A DNA stretch of 64,000 bases, from assembly GCA_964474045.1 (NCBI GenBank), contig CAYYRC010000006.1, positions 33,262 to 97,261 on the forward strand. Reading direction: 5' to 3'. A program made the translations under genes and the position numbers. This stretch comes from an uncultured Actinomycetes bacterium. GTDB lineage: Bacteria > Actinomycetota > Actinomycetes > S36-B12 > UBA10799. The notes beneath the pieces are model-generated. The model saw only the letters and a list, made by a program, of their open reading frames with translations, ran no database searches and was not told the origin of the DNA. Shown here in pieces: positions 63,888-64,000 of this stretch; within the stretch, counting starts at the first letter, position 1; every line of letters begins with the position of its first letter.

Positions 63888-64000
63888 TCACCCCAGCTCG
63901 TCGCTCGGGTCCTGCAGCACGCGTCCCAGCTCCGGGTGCTCCACCGCGTCGTAGCCGTGGTCGTCGAGCCAGGCCAGCACGGCGTCCACCCGGTCCCCGG
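63888..64000 (-). CDS. 3' end of an unidentified CDS that starts beyond the window
   Basis: Minus-strand frame reads ..GDRVDAVLAWLDDHGYDAVEHPELGRVLQDPSDELG-stop and is open to the window edge. Confidence 0.3.
   Translation of the reverse strand, partial: GDRVDAVLAWLDDHGYDAVEHPELGRVLQDPSDELG

Noticed and set aside
63643-63891. 82-aa minus-strand ORF between the NERD-helicase gene and the window end.
   Set aside because: It overlaps the helicase 3' end, has no RBS or recognisable motif, and has Arg/Ser-rich composition. The convincing minus-strand coding frame only begins at the stop at 63888 and runs to the window edge.
45224-64000. I looked for integrase, transposase, direct-repeat att sites or tRNA genes that would define the accessory region as a mobile island.
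   Set aside because: None was found in the window. The accessory status rests only on gene content and apparent composition, so no mobile_element feature is reported.

Overview
High-GC (about 70% by eye) actinobacterial chromosome segment. RbpA, WhiA, OpcA, a SufR-headed suf operon, dodecin and DUF3099 are actinobacterial hallmarks. I cannot place the genus from sequence alone. Positions 1-45 kb are a conserved housekeeping backbone: uvrA, then uvrC-rapZ-yvcK-whiA-gap-pgk-tpiA-secG, rbpA, tkt-tal-zwf-opcA-pgl on the minus strand, ctaB/ctaA, and sufR-B-D-(Rieske)-C-S-U-T. These are followed by an ABC-F ATPase, a small HTH protein, a crotonase, an ABC exporter, an SDR, SURF1, dodecin, DUF3099, tldD/pmbA and serB. 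Many neighbours overlap by 1-8 nt, which suggests translational coupling. Positions 45-64 kb look accessory and hold the interesting material. (i) At 46.9-54.5 kb, two about 73%-identical secreted paralogs with near-identical upstream regulatory architecture bracket three genes: a Tat-signal lipoprotein with a TadA-like deaminase domain, a DUF2252 kinase-like protein, and a STAND/LuxR (LAL) regulator with a Walker-A Lys-to-Arg change. DUF2252 and the LAL regulator are translationally coupled. (ii) A family of about 55-nt long-hairpin repeats sits just 3' of minus-strand stop codons (3 copies). (iii) At 58.7-63.7 kb there is a defence-island-like stretch: a stand-alone NERD protein, a HEPN(DUF86)/MNT-like pair in which both partners seem to have lost the residues needed for AMPylation-type control, an MFS transporter, and a NERD-SF1 helicase fusion. 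I saw no rRNA, tRNA, CRISPR array, integrase or transposase. All family assignments come from motif recognition and hand alignment; no searches were run. Several start codons were re-chosen by eye and are uncertain.
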